A stretch of DNA of 64,000 nt from Balanoglossus misakiensis (taxonomy: Eukaryota; Animalia; Hemichordata). Positions 51,101 through 62,319 of the stretch are shown here, in pieces. Made by a program: the position numbers and the translations under genes. Positions within the stretch are counted from its first letter, which is position 1; each line of letters begins with the position of its first letter. The notes beneath the pieces were generated by a model, which saw only the letters and a program-made list of their open reading frames with translations, had not been told where the DNA came from and ran no database searches. The stretch is taken from positions 3,457,943 through 3,521,942 of the forward strand of contig CM082595.2 in assembly GCA_040954595.2 (NCBI GenBank), given 5' to 3'.

Positions 51101-54100
51101 ATAATTTGGAATCTTCCTTGGCAAAGAGGGCACTATATTCAACGATGTTGATCTGATAAATAATTCCACAAACTAAATTCGAACAGAGTAATATTTCTGT
51201 CTCAAATTGCATGAACACAACCACTCTTATAAGAAATGGTAATTTTGATGAATAAGTATTTTCTATTACCTCTCCCCTTTCTCCCAGAATGCTTTGCGGT
51301 GGTTTCGGCAGTTGCTGTCCGCTGATGATTCTTAGACACAACTGTTGTCGTGTCACACCAGGGAAGGGTTCCGTCGAGTGGGGCTCAAATATGTAGTTTT
51401 CTTTGAAAAGAAATTAAAGAGACGTTTTGTGATTAAAACATCCCTTGTTATTGAAACTTTCTATTCTGCAGCCATCATTTATATTGCTCTGTCAACCGGT
51501 GTAGCCTAGCTTTGTTCAGAGACTGGTTGCCAAGTGCAGCAATCAACAGCGCCATGTTGTGGCATAATCGTCACGGTGACTACAATGCATGGACACTCAC
51601 CATCACACAAGATGTCTGGTTTGAGGATGTACCCACACTGACCATTGGCACTGAACTTGGCATTATTCAGCTGCATAGATTTGCCGTCTGTTTGATAGTT
51701 GAGGGCGACTGTTGACAGGAAAATTGAAATTAAAATTTTCGTTAAGAACGTCACTTCCTATGAGCTAAATAACACATAAATTGCAAGTACCTAAAGTATT
51801 AGACTGCTTATCTATGGTAACTATATCATATTCAACATGACCATGCAAATTAATTAATTCATTATAAGTAAACACTATGCAATAATGCATAAGCAAATAA
51901 TCCAATCTGTTGGCCACTGACATTGTATGGATGAATATATGATGACATGGGTTTCTCACCTAGCTGGAGACCACAGTTCCACATTGGTTGTGGATTGAAG
52001 TTACTGGAATCTATCCGATAGGCCGCCGGATATCCCCTGCTCAGTTTCCGTTTGTTGAAGTGGCAAAACTGCTGTGCCTTGTTCACGGCTAACTGGAAGG
52101 CTTTGCTCTCTCCGAATGACGGAAGTTCCCAACATGGGGCTGGAAAAAGACAAGGAACCAAAATGGTGTGAATTACATGTACTTGTTTTCTTCATTGAAA
52201 TGTTAACGTTTGCTAGAAATATTGGTATACTTACTATTGAAGGTAAAATCACTGGAACCAACTGATATCGTGTACTTCACTAAATCCGACAGTTGCCTTG
52301 ACAACATCATGGTATTCTTCTTGCCGAAAGAGAGGGAATGTTTCCGTCTCTGATCGACGGAATCCAAGTTTTCCCGACTGGACGAGGCACTGGACGCAGT
52401 CGATGTTGTGTCGCTGCTATGTCGGCGTATTCTGTTCTGGATGGCGATTTCGCTGGTGCGACGGGTTCGTATCCTCAACTTGCCTTGTTGTAGTCTTGCC
52501 GATGCAGCGTATTCGGAACAATGTATGGTTTCTTCTGTGTGTGAATCCATTGGTTCCAACGCTGGCAGACTGGATCGCTTCTTCTGTAGGAGAATAATGA
52601 TTGAGTTTAAAAGTTCAAAAGCTTTTTTCATATCCTTTAACATTAAACATCACAGAGCAGGAAAAATTGTGAGATGTATATCTTATAGGGAAGTTATTAT
52701 TGAGTGTCCTATGTGGTGGAGACTGGTTTGTATAGACTGGTTTCCAGATTAGACAGGGTTCAGATAGGACAGGTTTTACTGTAGAAACTAGACATCTGAT
52801 GACAGATATGCATGCTCAGTTTCACAGGAACCTAATTCTCAAAAGAAATTCAACCCGCAACAGCTGCAAGCGCCATTTTAATGGTTGAAATGAAACCTGA
52901 ATATCACTTCTGCAAATCCGATTAAAATTCTTCAGCGTACCTTGGTGAGTTTCAACTTTCCGAATGTGGCAGACAGACTTGTTCTCCGTTTTCCTTCTTT
53001 CGGGGAGGATGACCTCTGGGAGTGGAGATACTGCGCCGCCTCCATATCCGGGAAGGCTCCTTCACTGAAACTTTTACTTCGTGACCTCTGTGAAAAGTTG
53101 ATGGGAATAAGTCATATTAAATGTGCATGGTCCAGTCAAGAAAAATTCTTATCTGAGTTTTTTGTGCTTATATACATAATGTACCTTGAATGATATATCT
53201 TTATTTTGATCAATTCACATTTTTCAGTAACAAGAGACAATCATACAGAGTTCTTGCTCACCTTTGAAGGCGACATTCTCGGAAATTTGAAATTAATCCT
53301 TCTTGTCGGCGATGCTGATTCCCTGGCCAGACTGGCCAGTTTGGCCCTGGCCAGACTTTCCACTTGTATACACCGGATACTGTCCTTCAACTGCAGACAC
53401 AAACAGAGTGCGAGAGTCAATATTTTGCAGGGTGTTAAACAAACTAGGCTTATATACAAGCTGCATCTTAATTGCAACGGTTCATTAGGCTGGGTGTGTT
53501 TGAAGTAAGTTGGGCACGCCGTCACCTTCATTCGTCAGTGCAGCTAATGGTCTGTCGGATGTCAGACGCAGCCATGCGTGTCCGTGCATAGGATATCGCT
53601 GCATGCAAATTACAGTATACATATTTCCATCTCCCTGTTGGATCTTTTATCTATACCATCACACAATAACATTTGCCCAGGACACTAGGGGATCTGGAGA
53701 ACAGCTCACATGAACTTTGAAAGGTACTGATAAGTCCACTGGATCTTGGAAATTTTTCCATAAAAGCCCTTTTAACTTTTTCTCATATTTTGCTCAAGGC
53801 AACTTTAGAATATTCTCTCTTAAAACTGAGAATAGAAAGTGGGGGTAATCAGTAATCAGATCCTACCAATTTCTGTGTAAAATTTCTGAATCTCAGAAAA
53901 ATACAAAGTTGCAATACGATTTCATCTTTGGAAAACTAGCGGCTCTTTTGAGACCCAGCTGTTCCATGGTGACCATCACCTGAAAACGCTGATTTAGTTT
54001 CGACTTCGTGTCATGTTGGCGTCGTGCAATTTCCAGTTTTGCTGTCAGCGTTCGACTAACCTCGGGTCTCTTTTAAAGGTTAAACATGAAAGTGCTACGC

Positions 54101-57100
54101 CTTGCACAGTACATCCTTTTGATTTTGATGTTATTTCATTTTTACCTCAGGTCAAAAAAAAATTCATGACAACAGAAAACTCAATTGCTATGAAAAGGAT
54201 GGGTTTTTTTCTGACAGTACACTGTAGAAAAAAATCAAAAATCTTCAAGGAAGCTTGTTATTTATCTGAGTGATATATAAACCAAACTATGATATTTAAG
54301 AAAACCATTGGATTCAAACTTGCTGGCTCTGCAACGCTAAAAGTCATCCGGTCAGGATAATCACAGTGGTAAATACTTGTCTGGCTTCTGCGTTGACCTT
54401 TCTTTGCTGTTGTTGTCCAACGGCAAACACGAATTACTGAGATAAAGTTTGGATCAATAAAGGAAAAAAGAACAAATCCAGAAGCCATGTCCATGCAAAC
54501 CTACACGTATATACAGCGTTGATTTTTAATGGAACTGCAGCTGCAGTAAAAGTATTGCTGATCCACTAATCTATTAAGCGGAGCAAAATCTGCGTTTCTG
54601 ATGCAGAGACGTGACGTCAAGACAACACACAAGGCCTGATGAGGTGGATTTTTCAGACGGTGCATGTAGAGAGAATTTTCTGGATTTCTCTGCAAGCATT
54701 TGTGAAATCCTTTGTGGATTATGCTGTTTACCCCTACAGAGATGTACGTAGCTCGTGTGCTAAATTTTTCATCCAATCTGAGGTTGCCATGCCACTACGC
54801 AGTCTCAACTTTAGGAGGTTGCAACATTTTGCGAAAAAGCGACAAAAACAGCTAGTCAAAATGAGTGTCCTGGGGAATTTCCGAAGGGGCTGTTTCTCCC
54901 CGCCTTTGTCGGTAAACAAGACTCTTTGTCTGCAGGACGTGACTGTATTAGGAGTAACCTCCTGCAACAAAGGTCAAATGCACTATATTTGTCCTTTTTT
55001 AAACTACAGAGATTGCAATGTGCCTAATACAGATACAGGCTGAGATTCTGGAAAATAAAATTAATGCATTTACTTTAAATTGTTCATCCATTTCATCTGC
55101 GCTGTCTTCATCACTCACTTCACCCGAGTCTATTGTTAAATCTAAATCTGGTGGAAGTTTCTTGGCCTACACATGGGGTGATAAAAAAGAGATTTACTTT
55201 TCATCACACTACCACTAAAAAATGAAAAATATAGAACCATGTCTTGTCATGTGGTGTCATAATGTCCAACCAGTGCACATAAAACTCACCTTTATGAGTA
55301 TCTTGTACTTGAGTTGTTCAGGAGATGGTAGATACTTAGCTCTAGGGTCTGGTCTGTCCAAATTTAATTTATCTGATTGTCGTGTTTATTAAGGAACTAC
55401 ATGTTAGAAACAATGTTTGAGAAAATTCTGTGTCAATTAACCATCAACAATAAATATACAGCGATAAACGTTTGCAATTAATGATGTTTTACACAGTTGT
55501 ACCATCTGGACATGATGAAATGTAGCCTTGTCATAGATTCTCACAACACAAAAGGATACCACCAAACACTTCCACCATGTAGGCGGCCATCTTCTTCTGT
55601 TGCTGCAGACAACAGTGGTTTTCCAGCGAGACAATGACTGGATACGGACTGCTGACGAAGGCATACTTGTTGATGGTTTGGATGACATTCTTGAACGGGA
55701 TTTTGGAAGTGAGAGTGTAACCATGGTAAACTATCGGTTCACCATCCGGTCCATCCCAGCAGTCAACTGAAAACAATTAAAAACAAAGCTTAATAAATAT
55801 TTGTAGACATTTTTAAAGAAACTACTAAATATTCTTATTTTCAGTATGGCATCATTTTATTGGACGGATTCAGGCCCTACCACGGGGAACGGGGGTGAGC
55901 AGGTCAATACAGACTAATTCACCGAATAATCTAATCTCGGACATAAAGTGAACTAAACTATAAACGCCTAATTGAAAAAAGGCACCACTTCAGATGATTC
56001 CACTTAGGCTGCAAGTACATGCAAGCGGTTTGAATAACGACTTAAGTATCGGTGAATATGGGAAGCTTGCCACACGTAAACTTAGCCCAGGTCTATTAAA
56101 AGCAGTCTCCGGAACATCAATCGTGAATTTATCACTCTTCACAGGAGCATTTGCTAGGGGGACCTCAGATTCTCTGCTCGCAATAATTCCTGATCATGCT
56201 GGGTGAATCATGATGCAAAGTCAATAAATCTCTTATTTTCTCTGAAAATCATGATTTATAACATACAGTATTTCCTGTTCTAATCATGATAAGATACCAA
56301 GTTTGTTTAATAAGAAAATAAAATATCACATCTCTAGATCCACAGCAAGACATGGTTATGGCAATAGATTAAATGATGTCATTCAGACTATAGGATATGA
56401 AAGTCAGTTTTTACTGAGAAAGAAGGAAATAATCCAAGGGAATTCAACACACTTGTCTTCGTAATTTGATCAAGTGAAAAACATACCTTCCACACACCGG
56501 CATCCACTCTGCAAGACGAAGGCATAGACATCCATGCTGGACTTGGACAGCAGCTGATCGCCCACCAGATATGTGTTGTGCGACGTGGCGATGAAATAGT
56601 GGGACAGGGGCCGCGTCATGTCCTGGTGAACCCTGGTGTGTGCTTGGTTGAAGAGGTCACCCTCGCGGCTGAGAAGAAATCGACTGAAACCTTTCAAGAA
56701 AACAGACAGACAGAAGACATTGTGATGTTTATCTTCTGGTTATACTCAGAGTCAAATCAAAGTCAGGGACTTCACTAAATTTGGTGGTTTTCTTCCTCTA
56801 CAGTATTTGAGGTCATAACTGCATTTTTCACCAGTAACTGTGCAGCAATATGGCTGAAACGTTTTAGAATTAAATTTGATAATAGAGGCTAAATACATTT
56901 TCAAGATTTCCTAAAAATTATTTCTTTCAATAACGTTTAATGACTGTTCTTGTGTGGTTAAAATTCAAGGCATTAAACCAGATTTTTCAAGGAGAACATA
57001 AATCCTGTCAGAGTTTCAAATCAGTTCAAACTACTGTGACTATCTCATTAGTACTTTGAATAACGAATATACAATGCTTGTAAAAATAACAAATGGCCCA

Positions 57101-60100
57101 TTACAAGCTACAGTCGAGTAGAGTCAGCCAATGTAATTAACCCAATGTGTAAATCTACTAAAACCTAATGTGCATTGAAGTAAAAATAAATGATATTGAA
57201 CATTTAAAGGGACACTGTTGCCCTCGTCTGACACTGTTTGAGTTGCTTATATTTCATGTGTCAGGTGTGCTTTAATAGTAATACTGGTACATGTATGTGA
57301 CTTGACAGTCCTTATGGCTCTCTAGGCTAACTGCTTGAGGATATGACTCTGTACTATGTCCACCATCAGCACTTACCATCGATTCCTAGCCATCCATTTC
57401 GTACATTCTCAGGCACTGGTTCAAAGTTTTTAATGATATCAAGACAGTGACGCAGACTGACGTTGAACATCTGAAACATAAGACAGCTTAGTAAATCTTC
57501 ATGAATGAACCACACGCAACAATTACCAAGTGCATAAATATGGTGTAACTGATAAAACATTAACCCACAAGTCTACGCCTCATACTGAAGGAAGCCGACA
57601 TTTCGTCAAATTGTGTCAATGCCATAATTTCTAAACACAACAAAAGTTTATTGTTGTATTATTTCGTTGTATTATGAAGTATACGTTTATTCTTACTTTT
57701 TGTTCCATTTCTAAGAATTGAGAAAGTTCAGCAGCCGTCATGTACTCTTTGCCGTTGCCATAGCGAAGCAGCAACAGATACAGTTCCCTTCTGGTACTGA
57801 TTCTCTTGTAGAAGTTGACAAACTCGTCAAAGTCTAGAAGACCCTCGTTCTGATCGCCAACATTGGTGTCTGCCTCCTGAAGGAAGTGAACATGTACAGG
57901 GTTAATGAGAAAAGAAGTCGTGCAGGGCCATTTCCTACAAACGGCTTTGAAAATTGTGAAAGATCCTCAGTAATGTTATTACCGTAATCATGGCGATTTG
58001 AATACTTGGCTACGTGTCAGTTAACACATGAGCGTGGACCACTGTTTGAATAGCAATGCAATATGTATTGTCATTCAGAATTATGCCAGTAAATGTATCT
58101 AGGCCAGACACAGGGACTCTCAGCAAACATGCATGTATCAACGTTGTCAGTTATACCATGCAAAAATTTTACAGGCCGTCTTTCTGTTTAATTGTTTGGG
58201 CATGTAACAATAGAATGATCGAGATGATAATAATGGACACCTTTATCAGATACCTGGGTCCAATCACACCAATGAAAACAATGGAGGTTGAACCAAGGTC
58301 TGGTAGTTAGGGGAGGGGGTTGGTTTAGAGATATACCAGTACATGTCCAATGAATCACAGAATCTCAATCCAGAATACTGACGTTGCAATTTGTCCTTTT
58401 ATGAGTCTGCAGTTATTGCATCTGATTAATATTCATACTGTACCAGCACATATTATATACATGCGGGCACCGCATCTGAACGTATCATTCCAAAGCAAAT
58501 TACAAGCCCCGCCAGTACAGACACTCAGTCAGTTGAATAAAATCAATAAAGCCAGACTTCCTGCCTCAATTCTAGGCAACTGAAAGTGGGGTGACCGAGG
58601 TCAGCCCCTCAGGGAACTGGTGTTCCATCAACTTGAAATGCCCCTTGGCACTGAATTTATTTGTAATTCTTATAGATATACAGCATCATCAAAATCTAGA
58701 TCTTCTATGAGTGAGAATTTCAAGCCATCTGTTGACTGATATGCACGGCTGTACCTGAGCCTGAAGCAAGTAACAAACGAATATGGTTAAACACAGCAAA
58801 ACTAGATCCATATACCAAAGCATCTGGCAAGGAGCGATAATTCATAAATACATGTATGATTTACCACTGACAGAAGACCAAAGCCAATCTATTTGTTAAG
58901 ACCCTTTTGCTGCAGGTCAAGATCACAAACTGAATATCAACGCTGGTGTGTGTTTAAGGAGATGAATTTTTAATTTGCAATTACCAGGAATTTATCTCCG
59001 AGACACAGCGGTGGCCATGCGTTGATTGATACACTTCGCGATGCACTATTTTGAATTCATGATTGTAACTATAAGTAGGCCGATTCAGCTCGCACCAGTA
59101 GTGGAGACATTTCCTGTAACCACCAACTCAGGCAAAAATACCACACAGCTGAAATTCCCATTAGCAAATGGAAACAGTAGTTTCGATGGTAAAACCACCC
59201 CACTAGTTTAAAAGCGAAAGCTTAAAATAAATATTGCGGGACTGCATTACACAGAAAAGTGAGCAAGTAAAAGGGATATGTTTAGATAAGCTTTCATTGA
59301 TTGAGGCGACATGTGTTTTGAATACAAAAATCCACATTTCAGAACTTGTTCTATCAAAATTAAGGTGCTAATTGCCTTTAAAGTGATTTCAGTCTACCAT
59401 CAGCACGGTAAGCTTACGAAAAGGTAACATTTGCTGAGACTGAAATCAGGCAGGGGGCTGATAATCTCTTAGAAAGTCTTCATCTGTATTCGTCGCCGTG
59501 GTTTCCATCGTCTCGGTGAGTGGGATGGAAATTCCCTCTAATACTCACTCAGTTAGACTTAGAAGTTTAGTACTGAACACTGCTGAGATGTAGAGTTGCA
59601 GTTCGACTGCTGTTACTGTAACTGACAAAACTGATACAAGTGTTTGTAAGAACTCTCTCTCACTGTACCGAAAAGAACTGAATCTTGTTCTTGAAACTCA
59701 ACAATTCTAGGTGCTGCAATCTGCTATAATATTATGAAGGTTTTCTACGACAAATATGCAAGGTCCCCTACATGTGTACGGTGCGTGCAAACTTGTGAAT
59801 TCAGCATCTAACCACATCCTCTACTCAAAGTGAAAAGCCATGAAGAGTGTTACATTTCCTGCGAAATTTATCGCCAGTCCCTCAAAGGTTTCCTGTTCCG
59901 ATCTGAGTACATTTTAAGTTGCGTTAAGGACTGCATGAAGACAAGTGATTTATCTGTCAGTCAACAGACGAGAGTGTCTTAGAAACCTAATTAAAGATTA
60001 CCACTTTGTCTGGTGACTGTCAGGAACAAGTAATGTGTGGATTAAGGCTCTGTAAAAGGGATTGGCATTTGCAGTAGAGACCTGAATTCAAATATCCTTT

Positions 60101-62319
60101 GTGTGACTATTTCAAATTTACTAAGTATTAGTTACATAGTAGAGAGTTTTCTGAGTTTCCTGTTTTATCTGCGCTATAATCTGCATCCTGTGCGAGGCAT
60201 TATGCAATAATAAATTTCGATTGAATTTGAAATACATTATAGTGCAATTTCTCTTACCTTGAACATCTGCCTGACTTTGCGTTTGCTTAGATTGACATTC
60301 AGTCTGTGCAGCAGCATAATAACTTCCCCGATACTCAACAATCCATCGCCACTTTTATCTGCTGACTTGAAGGTGGATTTCAGCCATCTTTGAGAGGATT
60401 TTAATCAAGGAAAAAAATGTAAGCACAATGAAATCTGTATGTAACCAGACTTCAAACCCAATAGAACAACCGTTTGGTGCATGAAGAGGTTTGGTAACAC
60501 TAGCTGTTAGAAGTGGACTAGTTTTAGATTAAGATAAACTTTGATTACGGGTAAGCTGCATCGATATGTTGAGAGAAAATCTGAAAAAAAAACTTTTCTT
60601 CAAAGGATACTGGTCACGTAACCTCTGTTGTCGTGTGTGACTATCCTCATCTGACACACCAGCAAGAACAAACTTAAGCCCAACTATCCACTCCATCACA
60701 TCATCTCGTTGCCTGGCGACCAAATCAAGTGTTTCACACTGGTTGCCATGGATGATGGAGAAGCAGCAGGCTGGGTCGAACTGACCTTCAGCGTGCTTTA
60801 CGAACGTGTCCGTGCACGCACCTTCTCGGATTTCGCGGATGGAATCAATGGATACTGGATCAAAAGAAAACAGAACAAACGTCAGTTTGTATTTCACAAA
60901 GGCAAGAAAACAAAATTGCACAGAAATCTACAGACATCCATAACAATTCTATAAGTTTCAAGAGGCTATAGAATTCTACAGATGTCTGTACAATGATTTT
61001 GAAAGGCAAGAATTTGTCCAGACATTTGACAAGACACAATGATTGCAAACCTGAATCGGAATTTATACACAAAGGCACAAGAGATTCCTACAAAACAGCA
61101 ACGACAGCTCACGTAACATATCTCATGCAACAGACATCATGTACAATTACGGCATGGCAGTGCATGTAATCGGACCTGATTCTGCGTTAACAAGATTTCT
61201 CCACATTACATGGATATGTGCACTCATAGGTAACGTGTCATTAAAAACTTTTAATCACAAGTTATAACAACGACAGGATATGTGATCGGCATTTGATGCG
61301 GACAGAATACAAATTTGAATGTCACTAATGATTGATGTCAAATTAAACGATACAACGGATGGCAGAGAGATTCATTCGATCAGTTCAGGTGGCACTGACT
61401 AGTTCCACATAAACCCACCCACCCAGACAGACAGACAGATGGAAGAACAAGTGGATTTTCATAGAAATGCTAGTAATAGGTCACACACATTATTTTAAAT
61501 TACGAGCAATTTCAACATATGGGGAAATACCATGGCAATATGCCAGTAACATGTCTCGATTTGTAACTTAATCAAAAAATCTAAAGAGTACATGTGAATT
61601 TGAGATCTGTCTGCACTTCCAATTTCAGCCCCAGACATAAAACGATCCACGGTCATCTTCAGGGAAGATTACACCATCTGCATCTGAAACTCGTGATTAC
61701 AAGCCTGCGTGGTTTCCGTGATGGTTGGTTAAATTTCTCCGTATCTCCGTGCAACGCAAATAAAACTGTATTCCACCCAGAAAATTGAGGTTATCTAAGG
61801 GGGGACTGAAAACTGACCCTATGCTTTATTCATCTCCTGCGTTCCGAGTTTCCAATTGCTTTGCCTTCACATCAGATCTGATTGATTGGTTTTGCGCATT
61901 TAAAAGCTTTCCTATGACTTGCCTGAAGAAACCAGAGTAAGCTTAGACTACTTGGTTTGTTTTAGGAAGACTATTTGTCCTTTCAGATAAATGTTTCATC
62001 CAAATTGTATATTTGGTTCAGTGAACAACTGTGCTAGACGTAACAAATTGCAACAAGATGGATGCCCAACAGCCCTCTTGGATCTTATCACAAAACAAGT
62101 GTATTCAACATACATGGGAAGGGGCTATGACTGCATGTTAAATGCACACAGTGTACTATTGAAGTGGATACATACTTTTGGCATCAGCTTTCCTGGATGG
62201 TTTCCACCGTATGGCGCAGCGATCCTGATCCAAGTAGAATGTCCTGGTGATGGTGTGACTTGGTCCTTTGACTTTCATCATGGTCACCCCTTGTTGCATG
62301 CTACCGATGCATGAGTGAA
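45170..62319 (-). CDS. PLCH: 1-phosphatidylinositol 4,5-bisphosphate phosphodiesterase eta (phospholipase C-eta, PLCH1/PLCH2-like), 5'-partial, ~1996 codons in window
   Basis: 20 phase-consistent exons giving PH, EF-hand (ADKSGDGLL), X ([21 protein letters not shown]), X-Y linker ([11 protein letters not shown], eta-like), Y (SSNFNPQ, VALNYQT), C2 ([24 protein letters not shown]) and a long tail. Both catalytic His are present. The first exon found begins in phase 1. Confidence 0.93.
48419..48510. mobile_element. ~90-bp piggyBac-type MITE, copy 2 (inverted relative to 36094)
   Basis: TTAA|CCCTATCACC...GGTGAAAGG; core agaggtccaac.tt.ccatagaaaacaatgg.tttggac is the reverse complement of copy 1. 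Confidence 0.7.
48663..48683 (-). CDS. PLCH: Candidate 21-nt PLC-eta microexon with in-frame stop (ESVDSI*)
   Basis: ctaac + ~35-nt pyrimidine tract + ctaac...acag|AATCTGTGGATTCTATATAAG|gtaact. Confidence 0.55.
49120..49357 (-). CDS. PLCH: PLC-eta exon (post-C2)
   Basis: [11 protein letters not shown]...[16 protein letters not shown]...DSDK G|gtaacg. Confidence 0.85.
49675..49686 (-). CDS. PLCH: Candidate 12-nt PLC-eta microexon (LQNQ)
   Basis: tgcatgctaat...tactaaccaag|TTACAAAACCAG|gtgaat; phase 0/0 inside a phase-0 intron. Confidence 0.45.
50508..50587 (-). CDS. PLCH: PLC-eta exon (C2 end)
   Basis: [27 protein letters not shown]|gtaagt. Confidence 0.92.
50733..50879 (-). CDS. PLCH: PLC-eta exon (C2)
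   Basis: GFNPVWDET...[19 protein letters not shown]...LAP|gtaaat. Confidence 0.92.
50997..51081 (-). CDS. PLCH: PLC-eta exon (C2)
   Basis: [28 protein letters not shown]|gtaaga. Confidence 0.92.
51270..51400 (-). CDS. PLCH: PLC-eta exon (C2 start)
   Basis: [22 protein letters not shown]|gtaata. Confidence 0.92.
51601..51708 (-). CDS. PLCH: PLC-eta exon (Y domain end)
   Basis: [31 protein letters not shown]|gtgagt. Confidence 0.95.
51960..52139 (-). CDS. PLCH: PLC-eta exon (Y domain)
   Basis: SFGESKA...[28 protein letters not shown]|gtgaga. Confidence 0.95.
52235..52583 (-). CDS. PLCH: PLC-eta exon (linker to Y domain start)
   Basis: KKRSSLP...[15 protein letters not shown]...|gtaagt. Confidence 0.9.
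52705..52783. mobile_element. Truncated relative of the Tc1/mariner MITE (right end only)
   Basis: Ends ACAGGTTTTACTG|TA (cf. ACAGGTTTGACTG|TA) and carries tatagactggt / agacagg subrepeats. Confidence 0.5.
52941..53087 (-). CDS. PLCH: PLC-eta exon (X-Y linker)
   Basis: [13 protein letters not shown]...[17 protein letters not shown]|gtacgc, phase 0/0. Confidence 0.78.
53262..53390 (-). CDS. PLCH: PLC-eta exon (X-Y linker)
   Basis: [21 protein letters not shown]...MSPSK|gtgagc, phase 0/0. Confidence 0.8.
55074..55166 (-). CDS. PLCH: PLC-eta exon (X-Y linker)
   Basis: [31 protein letters not shown]|gtaaat. Confidence 0.88.
55290..55372 (-). CDS. PLCH: PLC-eta exon (X domain end)
   Basis: [28 protein letters not shown]|gtgagt. 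Confidence 0.92.
55373..55559 (-). other. U12-type (minor spliceosome) GT-AG intron
   Basis: 5'ss GTATCCTTT; branch TTCCTTAAT at 55388-55396; no polypyrimidine tract. Confidence 0.92.
55560..55766 (-). CDS. PLCH: PLC-eta exon (X domain)
   Basis: [23 protein letters not shown]...SLENHC...VFG|gtatcctt (U12 donor). Confidence 0.95.
56487..56690 (-). CDS. PLCH: PLC-eta exon (X domain start)
   Basis: [25 protein letters not shown]...GCRCVE|gtatgt. Confidence 0.95.
57377..57470 (-). CDS. PLCH: PLC-eta exon
   Basis: [18 protein letters not shown]...LGID|gtaagt. Confidence 0.9.
57697..57876 (-). CDS. PLCH: PLC-eta exon (EF-hand)
   Basis: [33 protein letters not shown]...FLEMEQK|gtaaga. Confidence 0.9.
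60258..60387 (-). CDS. PLCH: PLC-eta exon (EF-hand)
   Basis: [22 protein letters not shown]...KVRQMFK|gtaaga. Confidence 0.9.
60388..60610 (-). other. U12-type (minor spliceosome) GT-AG intron
   Basis: 5'ss GTATCCTTT; branch TTCCTTGAT at 60404-60412, close to the AG. Confidence 0.9.
60611..60854 (-). CDS. PLCH: PLC-eta exon (PH domain)
   Basis: [12 protein letters not shown]...LDLVA...WIVGLK...RLRDQ|gtatcctt (U12 donor). Confidence 0.9.
62176..62319 (-). CDS. PLCH: PLC-eta exon (PH domain start)
   Basis: [17 protein letters not shown]...[11 protein letters not shown]|gtatgt. Confidence 0.9.

Noticed and set aside
53716-53980. Possible decayed DNA-transposon fragment (similar impressions near 13860-14200, 20640-21200 and 29700-29990)
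   Set aside because: No TIR pair, target duplication or transposase frame could be shown; needs a repeat library.
55640-55650. GTATCC U12-like donor inside the PLC X-domain exon
   Set aside because: It encodes Pro-Tyr-Pro in a continuous frame and lacks the TT of the U12 consensus.
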